A stretch of 60,683 nt of DNA, the filler included, from Platydemus manokwari (lineage: Eukaryota), in NCBI GenBank assembly GCA_037951405.1. It is 6 parts of 6 records of this genome, joined end to end, with 100 filler letters (N's around TTAATTAATTAA, not from the genome) between each part and the next. Parts side by side here need not be neighbours in the genome. Positions count along the whole stretch, not along the records: positions 29,686 to 38,760 come from JBBMOY011303206.1; positions 38,861 to 48,481 come from JBBMOY011224766.1; 4 more parts are not named here. One strand, given 5' to 3'. Shown in pieces: positions 30,341 through 43,515 of this stretch; positions within the stretch are counted from its first letter, which is position 1; each line of letters starts with the position of its first letter. The translations under genes and the position numbers were made by a program. The notes beneath the pieces were generated by a model, which worked only from the letters and a program-made list of their open reading frames with translations, was not told the DNA's origin and did not search any database.

Positions 30341-31026
30341 TTAAAAGGTTTGAGTAGTTTTATTTAAGTGGGACACCCCAACAAAAATGCTTGAAAAAAA
30401 GTTCAGTTTCATCCATATTGAGTATAATCGATTTTTGAATCTATAGAGCAATTCTTTGCTGAATTTCAGGTCATCAGCATTTAGTTTTTGTCCAAATTCC
30501 TTTGATTTTGTAATGATAATTTCATCAGTCACGTAACTATTTATCGCATCCATTCGATCAATGAATTCTCAAGCAGAGAATGAATTTTCGAAGATTGTCT
30601 GGAGTAAGTGTTTGAGCTTTCATAATTTTTACATTTCTGAAAACATAAAAATTCCTAGGACCAGGTTTAATTCTCTTTTAATAATTTGAGACAATTCACT
30701 CAACGGCAATTTCTTCGACTCCTTTATTGCACAAATTTTTGCCTTTTGATGAATTATAATTTCTGTTCTTTTTCTACCCGTAAGGATATTTAGTTTAATT
30801 AGATTAAAATTGTAAACAAGCTTATCATTTAAACAAAATTAATCCGAAACTTTTAAACATGATTAGAAATTTAATTTAAAAAGAGCTTTCCGGTTGCGGA
30901 TCATGAAGTTTCGAATAAATGAATAAAATTTGTCTGGAAACGTTCGAAAATTAGCGAAATAAATAATTTTTTTTCGGACTATGAAGTTTTCGGATTATTG
31001 AAGTTCGGATTAATGAGGGTTGACTG
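30341..31026 (-). mobile_element. pogo/Tigger transposon remnant (5' end plus CENP-B-type HTH)
   Basis: Terminus TA|CAGTCAACCCTCATTAATCCGAAC with repeated TCCGAA motifs. Translation VTDEIIITKSKEFGQKLNADDLKFSKELLYRFKNR matches the Tigger HTH (I..KA......L....FK.S.GWL.RFK.R). Confidence 0.8.
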
Positions 31027-33644
31027 TAGTTACAATTAATAATAATTTAACAGTACAAAAAACAAGGTCATAAGACAAGAATTAAGAAATTCACAATGAA
31101 AATTACATAAAGACAAAGCAACGTGTTACAAAAATACATGTAATTAATTAAAAAATTATTAGAGAAAAACATGTGGTCTAAATGTGGATCACTATAAATA
31201 CATATACAATATCCGAACACACCACAACAATTTGACTTACAGTCGAGCTAATGGCTAATTTTTTCGTTATATTTCAGCTATTATTGACATTTTATTTCGT
31301 AGAAAAATTTTATAAAAAGCAATCTTGAGCGTACTAATTTAGTAGAAATAGTGAAAAGCATTTATTAGTTGTTGATATTATAATTTTAGAACTACTGACG
31401 AAATCATAGCCAGCCTTTCATCATTAATCAATATTAATATAATTAAAGTCAGTTTTCATAACCTTTAAATTAAATCAATATATTTGCCAATAACGTGGTT
31501 TTCAATACCCTTTGTTGAAACCCATTAGGACCAGCAATAACTCTAAGCTAACGTTAATAATTCAATTTAAGTTGCAGTCAGTAGAAATCACTAATCAGTC
31601 AACAAAACCAAAACCATAAACTTGTTATATAATATTATCTGTAATTTTTTACTATCGAGCTTTGTCTCAGATATCTTTCGGTAAAAGGTTTTACCTCAAG
31701 GGTGTGGAGTACATCAACCGTCGCTTACTCCATAAGATTAATTGCATATTGTATTGGTAAAACTAACTGTATTATTTGTTATATATTATTAGTTATCGGT
31801 GTTAGGTGTAATAAATAAATTTTTAAAAAATCAAATAATTCGTTTTTGATTTATTAGAATAATTGAAACAGAACAATAGCATTAGAAATTGCATTTTGAG
31901 GCATATTAAGAGACTGATTAGAGTATTCACAATAATTAATAAGACATCGCTGCTACTTTTATCGTCTTCACGTGGTATAAAGCGTGAAGTCAAGAAAAAA
32001 AGTTATAATAAGGTTACACGATGACCCGAGGCCTTGATCAGATAATCACAGGGATTGGTTGAGTCAACGGTGATCCTAGATCAAAAACCATCTAATAAGG
32101 TGTTTAATAAAGAACCATGTAAGGCCCAAACGCAATGATGTTAATTAATAATCATAATAATGTGTGAATAATAAGTACATTAATAAAATATAAAGTAAAC
32201 TTTAATATAAAAATCTAAAATAACTAGGCAAAATATAACAACACAAAAGAATATCGAAAGATACCCAAACTTCCTAAATGCGATAAAAAATCAAGCATTA
32301 AATTATGGAATGTACATGGTTCTTTCCTTCGATCGTTTCAATCGCTAGTTCAATCCTACAATCAAACAGTAATTATTTACAATTATTTAACAAAAAATTC
32401 AAATCTAAACGATATCTGATTTGTGATTATCAGTCTTCCATCAAAGAAGAATACATATTATTAAATTGTTTTAAACCCAGCCTATTTATGCAACTACATA
32501 GAATTTTCATTATACGAACACGTCCTTTTTTGTGGAGGATCAGAACAAGTTGGAAAGCATCATAAAATTGCAACCTTCAAAAAATTTATAATACCATTTT
32601 ATAAAAAGTACATAATTTAGCATTTTTCCTGTACCAACATTTGTATAAATATTTTATAATATCAATATTTTATGAAATTCCAACAATTATATGAATTTTA
32701 TTTTTCCAAATACTATTAGACACAGACACAATCACAATAATATTGATAATAAGAAACAATAAAAATATAAATAAATGAATAATAAGAAACGCCTAAAAAT
32801 GATCTTAAAACCCTGTGGACAATTTGGGATTATTATCTTTGAAAAATCAATTAATTGTGATATTAATCAGCACACATTACTACTCAACAAGAAGAAATAC
32901 ATAAAAAGCTGTTAGAACTTTCAAGAAACTTGGTGATTTTCTGAGCACTAATACCAGAAGAAAAATTGATTTGTTTTCAAAAAACGGGTGTTGTAATATT
33001 ATTACAACTCGTTACAGCTAAAGGTTTTCTATTATGTCGGGGATTCTACAAAGATCAGAGTAAACATTTTTATTATCTTATCGTAACTTATGAAAATCAC
33101 AATAATTATTATTTCATGCGACCTGAACCCAGTTTAACCAAATCTTAATTAATTTATAAAATCCAAAAAAATTTAGGTAATGGGAAAACTTCATAAATTA
33201 ATTAATGAATTGCTTACAAAAATTACGAGTAATATTTCTTGGTCATTTGTGAAAAACCTGAGATGATTTCCTGATTATCAAATAGTGATGGCAGACTTAT
33301 ATGCCCTATCAATCGTCGCACAATACCGATTAATTAAAATATCTCGTTAAAATGTAAAAAATTATATTAAGAATTGGATAAGTTTTATGGTGACCTCAAT
33401 AATTAGAATAAAATTTGGTAATAAATTGTATAAAAAAGCAAAATAAAAAATTGAAAGATAAATGATGATAGCATTGTTATTGATTTCCATTATAAGCCTT
33501 GTCACCATACCAACATAGGAGACGAGATTTTCTAATGACACTTAAACTGTATTATGAATGTAAGTGTCTTTATCACACAATAAAAGTAGTGAAGGAAATC
33601 GCCTCATTAAAAATGTTTCCAATAGAAATCCAAACACTTTCTCT

Positions 33645-36600
33645 TCATTTCACTTTCCTGACAAGGTCAGATCACGAAATCATCCAGTATATAATGATAT
33701 TTGTTGACTTACTTTCTCATTACTGCCGGATAGATAATTCTTAGTTTTTTACCATTATAATGGTCAAGAAATTCTCTAGTCAATCTAATAAATTATCAGA
33801 ATAATACACAATCAATGAATGCTTTCGATTTATAAATTTATATTCAATCATCTTATTTGATGACCATCATAGTTCTTACTCAAATATTTCCATTTTAATA
33901 CAGCTGAAAATATGTACATCATGTCTACGAACTTCATGAAGTGAATCAAGCTTGAAAAATAATAAAATAAATGATTCTATGAGATTCAATTGTGGAACTT
34001 GTGATGATAATAATGATCAATAAAATGATTAATAAAATAATTACATCAACAATAATTAATTATAATGAAATTGATAATAATAATAATAATAATAATCAAA
34101 ATGAACTTATAATTGGTAATAAAATATTTATAAATTATTATTATTAATTTAAAATGCTCATATCTTATGAATACTGATATAATTATAAATAATGTATAAA
34201 ATAGCGTTAATATAATCTTGATATCATAATTATAATAACTATAAGAATTATTATATAATTTATAATAATATAATTGTTCAAATTATTATATCGACTCGAA
34301 AATTCGTCTCTAAGACATTCACCTATAAAGTTTTCTCGACATATTTCTAGAGTCAGCCATTCTGAATCTTAACTCGAAGAAAAGCTATTTGATGTAGGCT
34401 TTAGATTTGTCGAATTACAATTGAGATATTAAATAAAGATTACAATGTTGAGTGAAAAACTTAAAAAGTAAATTTATCAACAAAAGTCGTGTTCCAAAAT
34501 TATTAAATTGTGCTGATTGAACTGTAATTCTAAAAATGTCATTAGATATACTTCGGACACATGTGTTTGGATCCAAACCCATAATAAACCCACATTTTGA
34601 CAATCAGCTTTACGCTCACAAAACAGATAAATAATAAAAATCCTATAAATAGACTAACAATTAAAAATAGAATTTTAAAATCCTATAAATAGATCAAGAA
34701 TTAAAATACAGAATTTCAAAAATACAAAAAGCTAAAAATAGGATTATGAAATTACAAAAATAGAAAAATCACGATTGGCTGAAAAATAATGAAAAACAGT
34801 ATATAAGAACGACATTTAGAGGAAATTGCCAAATAGTTAAGTGCCAAAAAATTACTGCGAATCAGCTCTGCTAACAAATTAGACAGCCAGACCTTCAGTT
34901 AAGCTCAAGCACTCAGAGAGACGACAGACTTCGAAGCCAGTAAATCGTAATTCAACAACTATCCAGAAATTACATCCGCGATCAATCATAATTCATGAAA
35001 TTTCGTATCGTGTCGACAGATTCGATACTAAGTAAAATTATCTTTGTTTTCTCCATTTTTGCTATAAGTTTTATTCATTGTACGGTAAATCCCGTATCAT
35101 GAATCGGCCTATCTGGTTATGTGACAAAACACTTCGCCAGCTCTTTGTTTACCCATTTGCTATTTTATTGTTCTAATACATTGTTCTAATAATATACTTT
35201 TCAAGTTATATCGCGTTATTGCTATTTAAAAATTATAATTTATGTCTATATTATATCCTTCACATGAAACACAACAGAGTGTTCGGAGTCCGATCTGAGT
35301 TCAAGTAATAAATCACTCACAAGACAACAAAAAATCAACACATGTATAATTTTCTTGAAATTCTACTAATTCAATTTTTCTAAATTTTTTTAAATATGCC
35401 CATGTAAATACAGTTTTACTTGTGACTAAAATTATATTTTACTGCGACGTAACATGTTTGAAAAATTATTGAAAATTTATGTTCGCTTAAAGAATTTCCT
35501 TCATATGTCATTGTGTTTTCTAAATGCATTTGAAATTAAAGAAAATATTTTGAAAATATATATTGTCGACTTTTTCAAATGTCTTTCAAAGAAACTGTTG
35601 CTTTCCTTAAATACTTTTATATCACAGAACATTTTTCTGTTGTTTTTTCCTATACTCCTCGTCGTTTTGTGAACGGTCTGTTAAAGTGAACTGTAAAGTG
35701 TGCAAAGAACATGAAACTGTCTTGTCATGTTTCATTCATAAAACGATTAATTTAGTCCAAACCTAAAATTTCTAACGTTGAGGTAATCATGAGTTTGCTG
35801 GCTAACTCTAGAACCGGAAATATGTGTTCGTGATCACTTATGACCAAGTCATACTTAAAGATAATTTTAAGATTATTCAAGAACAATCAAATATAATAGG
35901 AAACTTATGATATCGTTTAATACACAACGCATATCTCAAAAATATAATATCTATGATGAAATTAATAGAAAAAATTTTTTAATTAAGTTCCATAGTAACA
36001 GTAACATGGAAATTCGAGATAAAGCCAAAGAAACAGCAATAGTACACAAGAAACTTTAATAAACTTTAAGCAATTATAACATCGTTCCTTATAAAAATAT
36101 TGAATTAAGGGACAAGTGAGACAACAAACAAAGAATTCCACATAAAGAAAAAACTAAATGAGAAAGCAACCTGATAAATAATTTTTATATATTGTTTAAT
36201 GTAATTAATATGATTCTAATATAATTCATTTTTATAAAGTAGAACAAATCGAACGGAAACACTTATCATTGCTATTCTAATTAAATTTTATTCAAATAAA
36301 ATAACCATGATCTATCTAGGTCTCGCCCAGACCTCATGTGATTGGAGCCGATTAAATCCATTATTAGAATTTTAGGGCTCAACAATCACCCGTCTCATTG
36401 GTAATGTAATATTTATTGTAAACAAGTGAAAATAACTCATCTTGTTTTATTTATCAAAAGTATTTTTATTTTGATAATTCAAAACTAAGAAAAATTACAC
36501 ATCGCCATGATTCTGCTGCGAGTCAGACATTTCATAACTACAATTAAATATATTATCAGTTTTATGGGTCGAGATTATTCTTGATATTGGTTTATTTCAC

Positions 36601-37880
36601 ATCACATTTACAAGTATGTTGGGAATCGTGTGCTGAATGATAATTATACTATGTAAGGAAGAATAACAGTGACAATTTGCATGATATAAATGCATGTGGG
36701 TATCATCTTTCAAATCTTGTGTAATCTTTTTATGTGCCACTTTAATGCATTCTGAAATAATAAATGGTTTTTGGACTGAAAACCCGATAAATGTTTAAAT
36801 TAAAAATGATCCTACTTGAATATAACAACTATATCAGACAAATAATTAATCCCATTAGAATAACCATGCCTTTAAACATGAGCGAATAATTAATTAATTG
36901 AAGGATAAAGTGTTCATATTTAATAAGATCTAATGGCCATTAATGGAAATAATTATCAGGAATTTAAAAACAAATCAAATAATTCATTCGTTGGTTTATT
37001 AATTTTAATCAGTATTAAAGGAAATTAACAGTTAATATTGCAAGCAGCTTCTTACAGTTAAAATGAACACCGGTTATCGCCATGTTTAAATTCCATCACT
37101 AGATTACAATTATTTTCACCCTAAAAAATTATTTTAACTTCAAAATCATGCATTTTTCTCAATTTAATTTTAATTCCGAGATGAGAAGAAAAATCATCAA
37201 ACAAAATAAAATATTAACAATGATAAATATTTACGATTGGCATTTATGAGACGTCAAGACGTACAAAAAAACAAAACCAACGAATTAATTAATGATTAAT
37301 AAAATTAAAGAGTTGTGCAGCCTCCACTCGAAATAAAAAGATGTTTTTAAAATAAATGAATCTAAATAAACCCAAAAGCAATCCGAATAAAAATTCTGCA
37401 GTAATAAATTTTAAGCATAAATAATAACATGAATAACAAGGCCACCATATTACAAAGCAATAAGAAAATGAATCATACTAATACAATGACCCGGTGTCAT
37501 AACAAAATCCGTTAAATATTATGGAATAAGCATATCTGCATATGAATGTCAGAATAAAATGTAGATCATTAGAATCAGAAATCATTCCATATGTATTGCA
37601 ATGAAAAATTAAAAAGCAAACAAAAATAATATAAAATTCCCCACGTCTCACTGAAGAATTTATAAATTAAAAAAAGAAAATTCAATCACTAATCCTTCGT
37701 GATATCCATTCTAAACAATGAAATAACTGGTAAATAATTATCTATAATAAATTCCAATCGACATAACCTAGATAATGACCTCTATAAATGAATACAAATA
37801 TTAAAATTTTCTCATCAAAAAACTTACCAAATTTTTTTCATGATAGTTTAATAGATGATAAAAGATTTTTTTGTTAATGA
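33645..37880 (-). CDS. 3' exons of a multi-exon gene, possibly a divergent CFAP61-like ciliary protein
   Basis: Clean phase-consistent exons 33950-33880, 33784-33713 and 33657-33645 give LDSLHEVRRHDVHIFSCIKMEIFELTREFLDHYNGKKLRIIYPAVMRKKVK*. Exons 37880-37828 and 37781-onward give INKKIFYHLLNYHEKNLRSLSRLCRLEFIIDNYL..., then ETWGILYYF. Both blocks weakly resemble the CFAP61 C-terminus (L.G.HE.LLNNL...ITD.Y...EPW; TLDYLHYN). The linkage of the two blocks and the intervening exons are unresolved. Confidence 0.4.
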
Positions 37881-38891
37881 CTTGAGAAAGAGACAAAAGA
37901 ATATTTTGGGGCAACTATGTTTTGATTCATGCAATAAGTCTGTGCCGGAAATTAATGATTACGTTAGCAATCCAGAAGTCTCAACCATTTCACCAGAAAT
38001 AAAAATGAAAGAAATTATGTTTTTATAATAATTAACTCTACGGCTAAGTGTAGTTGTCAGGATTTAGTGTACATCAATATATTCACTTTTTCTTCTAGAA
38101 AGTTGTTTATCCAATCACGAGTTAATTGTCTGGTAGTTATCGAAGAAGTACCAGAACAGTCCCTTCTTCGGATATTATTAACGATTCTTGATTATTGGGG
38201 TTTTATCGTGTTAAAGTGCATAGTGTTATACTAAATACATTTTATTCAACAGAAAAATATATTTACTCGTAATGAGAAGTTAAATAGTTTAAAGTAGTCA
38301 CCAATATTAGTAGAATCCTTTCAGTTCGAGTAGTACCGAACTTAACATAATTAAAGGGCAAAACGAGTAATTTGTATTTAGTGTTTTACGCTTAGATATT
38401 AAAAATTTATAAAGTATACCTGGCGAGTTACTTTTACAATAAAGTAATATTTATAAGTGAAATATCGGCCCCTGGATCTCAATTTATATAGGAAAAAGGG
38501 CCCCCCTAAATTCGTTCAGTCACTGACAGGTGCAATGTTTTTAAGTTAAGATTCCAAAGTAAAAATTAAAAAAAAGGGCAAAGTCCAAATATAAAAGTAC
38601 ATATTTCAAACTTTCAAAATTTTAGGTAGCAGTCCTTTATGTTTTAATAGATAATGATAATAGACAGCCATATACACAGGTATACAGCTGCGTATAATAA
38701 AAGTTTTAAATTTTAAAAGTTTAAGTGTCATACAGGTAGAGAGCGTATATAATAAAAGTTNNNNNNNNNNNNNNNNNNNNNNNNNNNNNNNNNNNNNNNN
38801 NNNNTTAATTAATTAANNNNNNNNNNNNNNNNNNNNNNNNNNNNNNNNNNNNNNNNNNNNAATGAGTGAAATAAAATGTAAATCTACAAAC

Positions 38892-39272
38892 TGCAACAAT
38901 CAGTTCTTGCAAAGATTCGAATAAATGAAATGTCAGAGAGATTTTTCAGTACAATGAGCCACCATTTATCTGTAGACTGACTTTCGTAACAAGAATCTAG
39001 ATAAACATCACAAAAAATAATGTATTTATTTGATCTCTTACTAGCTTTCGCATCACTACGGTAATTACCATCAACCGCATTCGAAGAAGAAGAATTGAAT
39101 TTTGGATTCTGTTGAATATTCAAAGCAAATGTAGGCTGATTCCTTGACAGAAGTTTACCTAAATGGATAAAATATCAAAATGCTAGAAATCACCTTAATA
39201 ACCAATTTCAGCTGAATCAACAAATCGAAACACCCATAATTTCAAGATGAGCATATTAAAATGAGACAACAT
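38892..39272 (-). CDS. F-type lectin (fucolectin/FTP domain) gene copy A, 5' exons intact, truncated by the gap
   Basis: Exons 39272-39203, 39158-39042 and 38996-38892 give MLSHFNMLILKLWVFRFVDSAEIGKLLSRNQPT...SNAVDGNYRSDAKANSCYESQSTDKWWLIVLKNLSDISFIRIFARTDCC: putative signal peptide plus the FTLD motifs AVDGN, SC, WW.V.L and R.DCC. Confidence 0.8.
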
Positions 39273-40416
39273 ATATTAAATGATAGCTTTTATTCGAGAA
39301 AGGTAGAAAAAATATTTTCTTTAATGATGTCAAGCATAATAAATACAAAATATACATTTCCATTATTTTATAAGCATTATAGAAAGATAACAATAGCTTA
39401 ACAAAGTAATTTGATTTTTTGAAAACATGGAGTCGTCTTTGTTAATATTTGGTTTCAGTCTAATACTGAATATTGTCTCTTAAATTTTCTTGCACAGAAT
39501 TTGGTAAAGCATTAAGCCATCATCAGTTATTTTTACTTCACATAACTCTTACTTATTCATAGTTATAAATGTTTTCTTTTCAACGAGATATACATTATTT
39601 TTTTGTTTTATCTTGATACAGATGGAATCAGGCTATAAGAATTTAAGGTTTTTATTTTGAAAATATAATGTTAATAAATAATTATAAAATAATATTGCCT
39701 TTGTGGGACCAAGTTATCATAAACTGATATTATATTCGAATAAATACCATTTACTTGCTTTAAATGAGATTTTGCCAAAAAACTAATTTTATCATTTAGG
39801 AAAATAAAAGTAATAATTGACTCAACAAAGTATTTAATTATACATCTCAGACAATTTATGGATATAATATTATCATTGTTATATTATTTTCGTTATATTA
39901 TTATCATTATATTGATATTATTAATAATAAACATACATGAAATTTACGATATTTATAAAATGCCACTATATGGCATTATATGCCATCAACAATTGTAAAA
40001 ATTTCATGTGCTACTGTATCGATAACTGCAATGATTTTTGAAATAAAGTTTTTTAGATAAAAATTTTGACGAGATGTCATTAAGAGTGTCAATGGTATCT
40101 TTATAATAATATTTAGATTTTCCTAATGAATAAAAAGCCCAAAACTTATGGTTGACTTGACTACTTTATAATCACTTTAGAAATATTTAAAAAATCATTG
40201 GCACCTTGTTTCTCCGATTGAAATGTTTGTTTATAGAAGAGCAATTGGTTCGTAACAATTGGTAAAGGTGTGTAAATAACGAGATAATGATAAACAAAAT
40301 TAAAGAAATTATTGGATAAAGATACAAGACGCAATTGTGATTGTTACTAATATTGAGTGATTATTATTGTCACGGAATTAAATTTTATATAATACTCCAT
40401 TCTGTGTCATGATGTA

Positions 40417-40743
40417 CTACAATTTGATTTGGTGTTTCTGTGTTCTTATTGGGTATTTAGGTGTTTTGGTCGTGTATGGCCTTGTAGGCAAGTAAATGTT
40501 CAAAGTGACCCAGTTGGCAATTTGTTTTGCTAGTCTTTGTAATTTGTGATATTGCGCGTCGCCTTTGGTTTGGATGTTGAGGTTTCTGAGCACGAGGGCT
40601 ACTGCCAGGTCTCTAACTTTCATTAGTTGTTTGGAATCCAGTGCTAAATATTTAAACTCCATCTGTAGATTGTGGCCCGCCATGATTTTATATTTCAGTA
40701 ATTCCTGCATCTCTAATTCAATCTCTAGAAATCGGTTAATCAT
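40417..40743 (-). pseudogene. Intronless fragment resembling a DEDDh 3'-5' exonuclease (REX4/ISG20-like), central part only
   Basis: LLKYKIMAGHNLQMEFKYLAL...KVRDLA...HKLQRLAKQI resembles L..KILVGH.L..D...L.L....IRDTA...SLK.LA. ExoI and ExoIII motifs are not seen. Confidence 0.5.
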
Positions 40744-41364
40744 AGTTAATAAAAATCATAATGAAATAAATTTTTAAAAGGAAATTGAATAAAAATTGAG
40801 TGACAGAAAATCGGGAACAAGTTAAAACGTAAAATTACAATAATCGACGTTTAGATATAATTTTATAAATTCAAATTAGGAGCCATAAATCAAATTATAT
40901 TTATATCTATAAATTAATTAATAAATTGCTGATTAATAAAATTAGAAATAAATAAATAAATAAATTTCATAAATAATAAATTTCATACAAAAATTTTAAT
41001 TAAATGATTACTTATTTCAGCATAGTATAAATGAAATTATAATTGATTCAGTTTGAAGTTTACTTTAGCTTTTGTTATAATTAATGTTTCGTAAAGAGAA
41101 TTTCTAAGAAATACGCAGTAAATGAAAATGAAAAAATTTATCTCATTTCATAAATGTTATAATATTAAATTTTTATTTGCATTTTAGCAGTTCTATATGT
41201 ATTATTAAATTTCTCAATTTTACATTTTGGTAATTTTCGAAACCATACATCGTTGGTTTCCATCGAAATTAATTTTGTTCAAAAGTCACAGGTTTTTTTG
41301 GAATATTTGAAAAATTTAAGATTTATCTAACTTTCTTCTATTGTTGTTTGTGAGATCATCATAA

Positions 41365-41570
41365 GTCACTCAATGCCTTGTGATCAATGCAAGCAATACT
41401 TATAATGCATTGGGAACTTGTAAATTGCAAAAAGCGCCTTGTTGGCCATTTCATGCATGTTAAAAGTCCTAGGAGAATAAGCTACTACTGTCTGTCTTCT
41501 AGTGTCTTCGAACTTGCTTAGAACGGCTGTTTTTGTATTGGTGTTATATTTAATAAACATTTGCAGCATT
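41365..41570 (-). mobile_element. Decayed Ty3/gypsy RNase H remnant
   Basis: VVAYSPRTFNMHE...ALFAIYKF.MHY and, in a shifted frame, IDHKAL, matching VAYASR.L...E...A..FA..KF.HY...TDHKAL. Confidence 0.6.
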
Positions 41571-41734
41571 CAATTTTAGTCCTTAATCATAAAGGAATCA
41601 TAATTATTGTAAAAGAAAATATTTTAATAGTTTAAATAGGATCACAGACACATTCTCCAAGATTTGTATTCAAGACACGTTGAAGAGACTAAAAATATTT
41701 TGTAAATAAGATAAAAATTAAAAAAAATATTTAC

Positions 41735-42451
41735 TTATAGAATGATTCGGTTTCAAATATCGGCTTTCGAATACCTCAACTTCACAAAAATTAAGAGAAT
41801 CGTCTTCATCCAGATTGGTTATAACTATTTTTCTGATAATATGAATATATTTAATATTGGATTTTATTATTTCCAATATTTTGGTTAATTATTTATAAAG
41901 TTTCTGACAAAGTGATGTTGACATTTTTGATTTCTTTTTGTTAGCTTGATAACAAGTGATTTTTAAAATATTAGATGATTTACTAACAAATCCAGTTTGA
42001 AGCTAAAAAAGTGCATAAAATAGAACATAGTCAGCCTATTTGCTTAAACACTTCGAATAAATTATTGAAATTAAATATAAATCAACGAACTGCAAAAATC
42101 TGTTCTAGCAGAAATTCGAATAAATAAAATGTCACAAAGATTTTGCAGTACGAAGAGTCACTTTTTGTTTGCAAAATCAATTTATTAACGAGAATCTCGA
42201 TAGCCATTATATAAAATAATACATTTTTTAGTTTCTGACTAGCATATGCATCACTACTGTATTTACCATCGATACCTATAGTAAAAGAGAAACTGAGGAA
42301 TTCATGCTAGTAAGTATTTAAAGCAAATGTAGTTTGATTTATTGGTAGAAGTTTACCTAAATCAGTAAAATATCAAATTATTTGAATCAGTTAAATAACT
42401 AATTTCAGCTTAATCAACAAAACTAATCAACCATAATTTCAAGACAAGCAT
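41735..42451 (-). pseudogene. F-type lectin gene copy B, pseudogene
   Basis: Colinear with copies A and C including intron positions (GIDGKY, ARTDFC, LNFCEVEVFESRYLKPN), but with in-frame TAA, TAG and TGA stops in exons 1-3. Confidence 0.85.
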
Positions 42452-42759
42452 TTCAAAATGAGAGAACAAGTATTGATTGTTGACTTATCGTGGAAAGATA
42501 GAAAATATTAATTTTTCAAATCCAATCATAATAAATGTATCATGTATTATAAAAAAGCATGCACCGGAATATATTGTTTGAAACTCGATTTTTAATTTTT
42601 ATTGCGATAACTTATAATCATATACCATTGATAATAATGAATGTCTAGAAATAATAAAGACGCTCTGATAATGTAGTCAGAACGGACATGTATTCACAAT
42701 ATTATAAAAAACATTTAATTAAAGGTGGCCTTTACAGATAGCACAGCACAACGATGCAA

Positions 42760-43445
42760 AAATAGTGGAGACATTCAGATTTCTAAATGGTGAAATAACT
42801 CTAACTTGTGCGGAATTCTGGAATAAAAGATAAGCTGAAGGTGATCGACAACATGCTGATGCTGGAGGAAGAGAAAGGTTTAACTGCTATAATATCGAAA
42901 GATTTTGCCGCTCAATTTGTCAAAACAATTCACGAGGAGCTTTGCCACAAAATCTCCAAAGAAAACCTTCGCATATTTCAACGACGGTTTTTATTGGTCA
43001 GAGATGTTCAACACCATTAAAAAGATACTGAAAGAATGTATTATATGTGCAAAGAGAAAGATTGATCAATCCAGGACTAAGGGGTTTCTACTTCCTCGGT
43101 TAGGCTCTGAGTTTCAAGAGCAAATCATGGTGGACATTGCACAGATGGACGCGATGCATAGTAAAATGTCTATTGGATTCATAATATTCATTTGGTTGAA
43201 ATCATTATTGTTGTCATTGACCATTTATTTAAGATAATCTAATGTTATAACGGATTACGGGACAAATAGAATAACAAGAAAATCAATGAAACGATAGAAG
43301 AGGCAAGTTTAAAATCAAAATTCAATTTTCAACCATCAACTACGTCGAGGTCAAGAAAGAACAATTTATTAAGGTTAAAATACTAGTTGAGGATTGAAAA
43401 TAATTCAGCAGACTAACATAAGTCGAAGGTGGTGAGTGTTATCAT
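42760..43445 (+). mobile_element. Ty3/gypsy integrase remnant (HHCC zinc domain) with probable PPT and 3' LTR start
   Basis: FVKTIHEELCH, then frameshifted KKTFAYFNDGFYWSEMFNTIKKILKECIICAKRK...QIMVDI. Purine-rich GAAGGTGGTGAG followed by TGTTAT at about 43425-43442, then (AAT)n. Confidence 0.8.
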
Positions 43446-43467
43446 TTTTAAATCAAGTTTGAAGAAA

Positions 43468-43515
<48 letters not shown>

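Noticed and set aside
31740-32100. Possible LTR plus PBS (TGGTATAAAGCG) and hairpin CTTCACG...CGTGAAG
   Set aside because: No second LTR, TSD or coding remnant to support it.
34620-35000. Solo-LTR-like stretch with short repeats, ATTGG and TATATAAG
   Set aside because: Boundaries (TG...CA and TSD) could not be defined.
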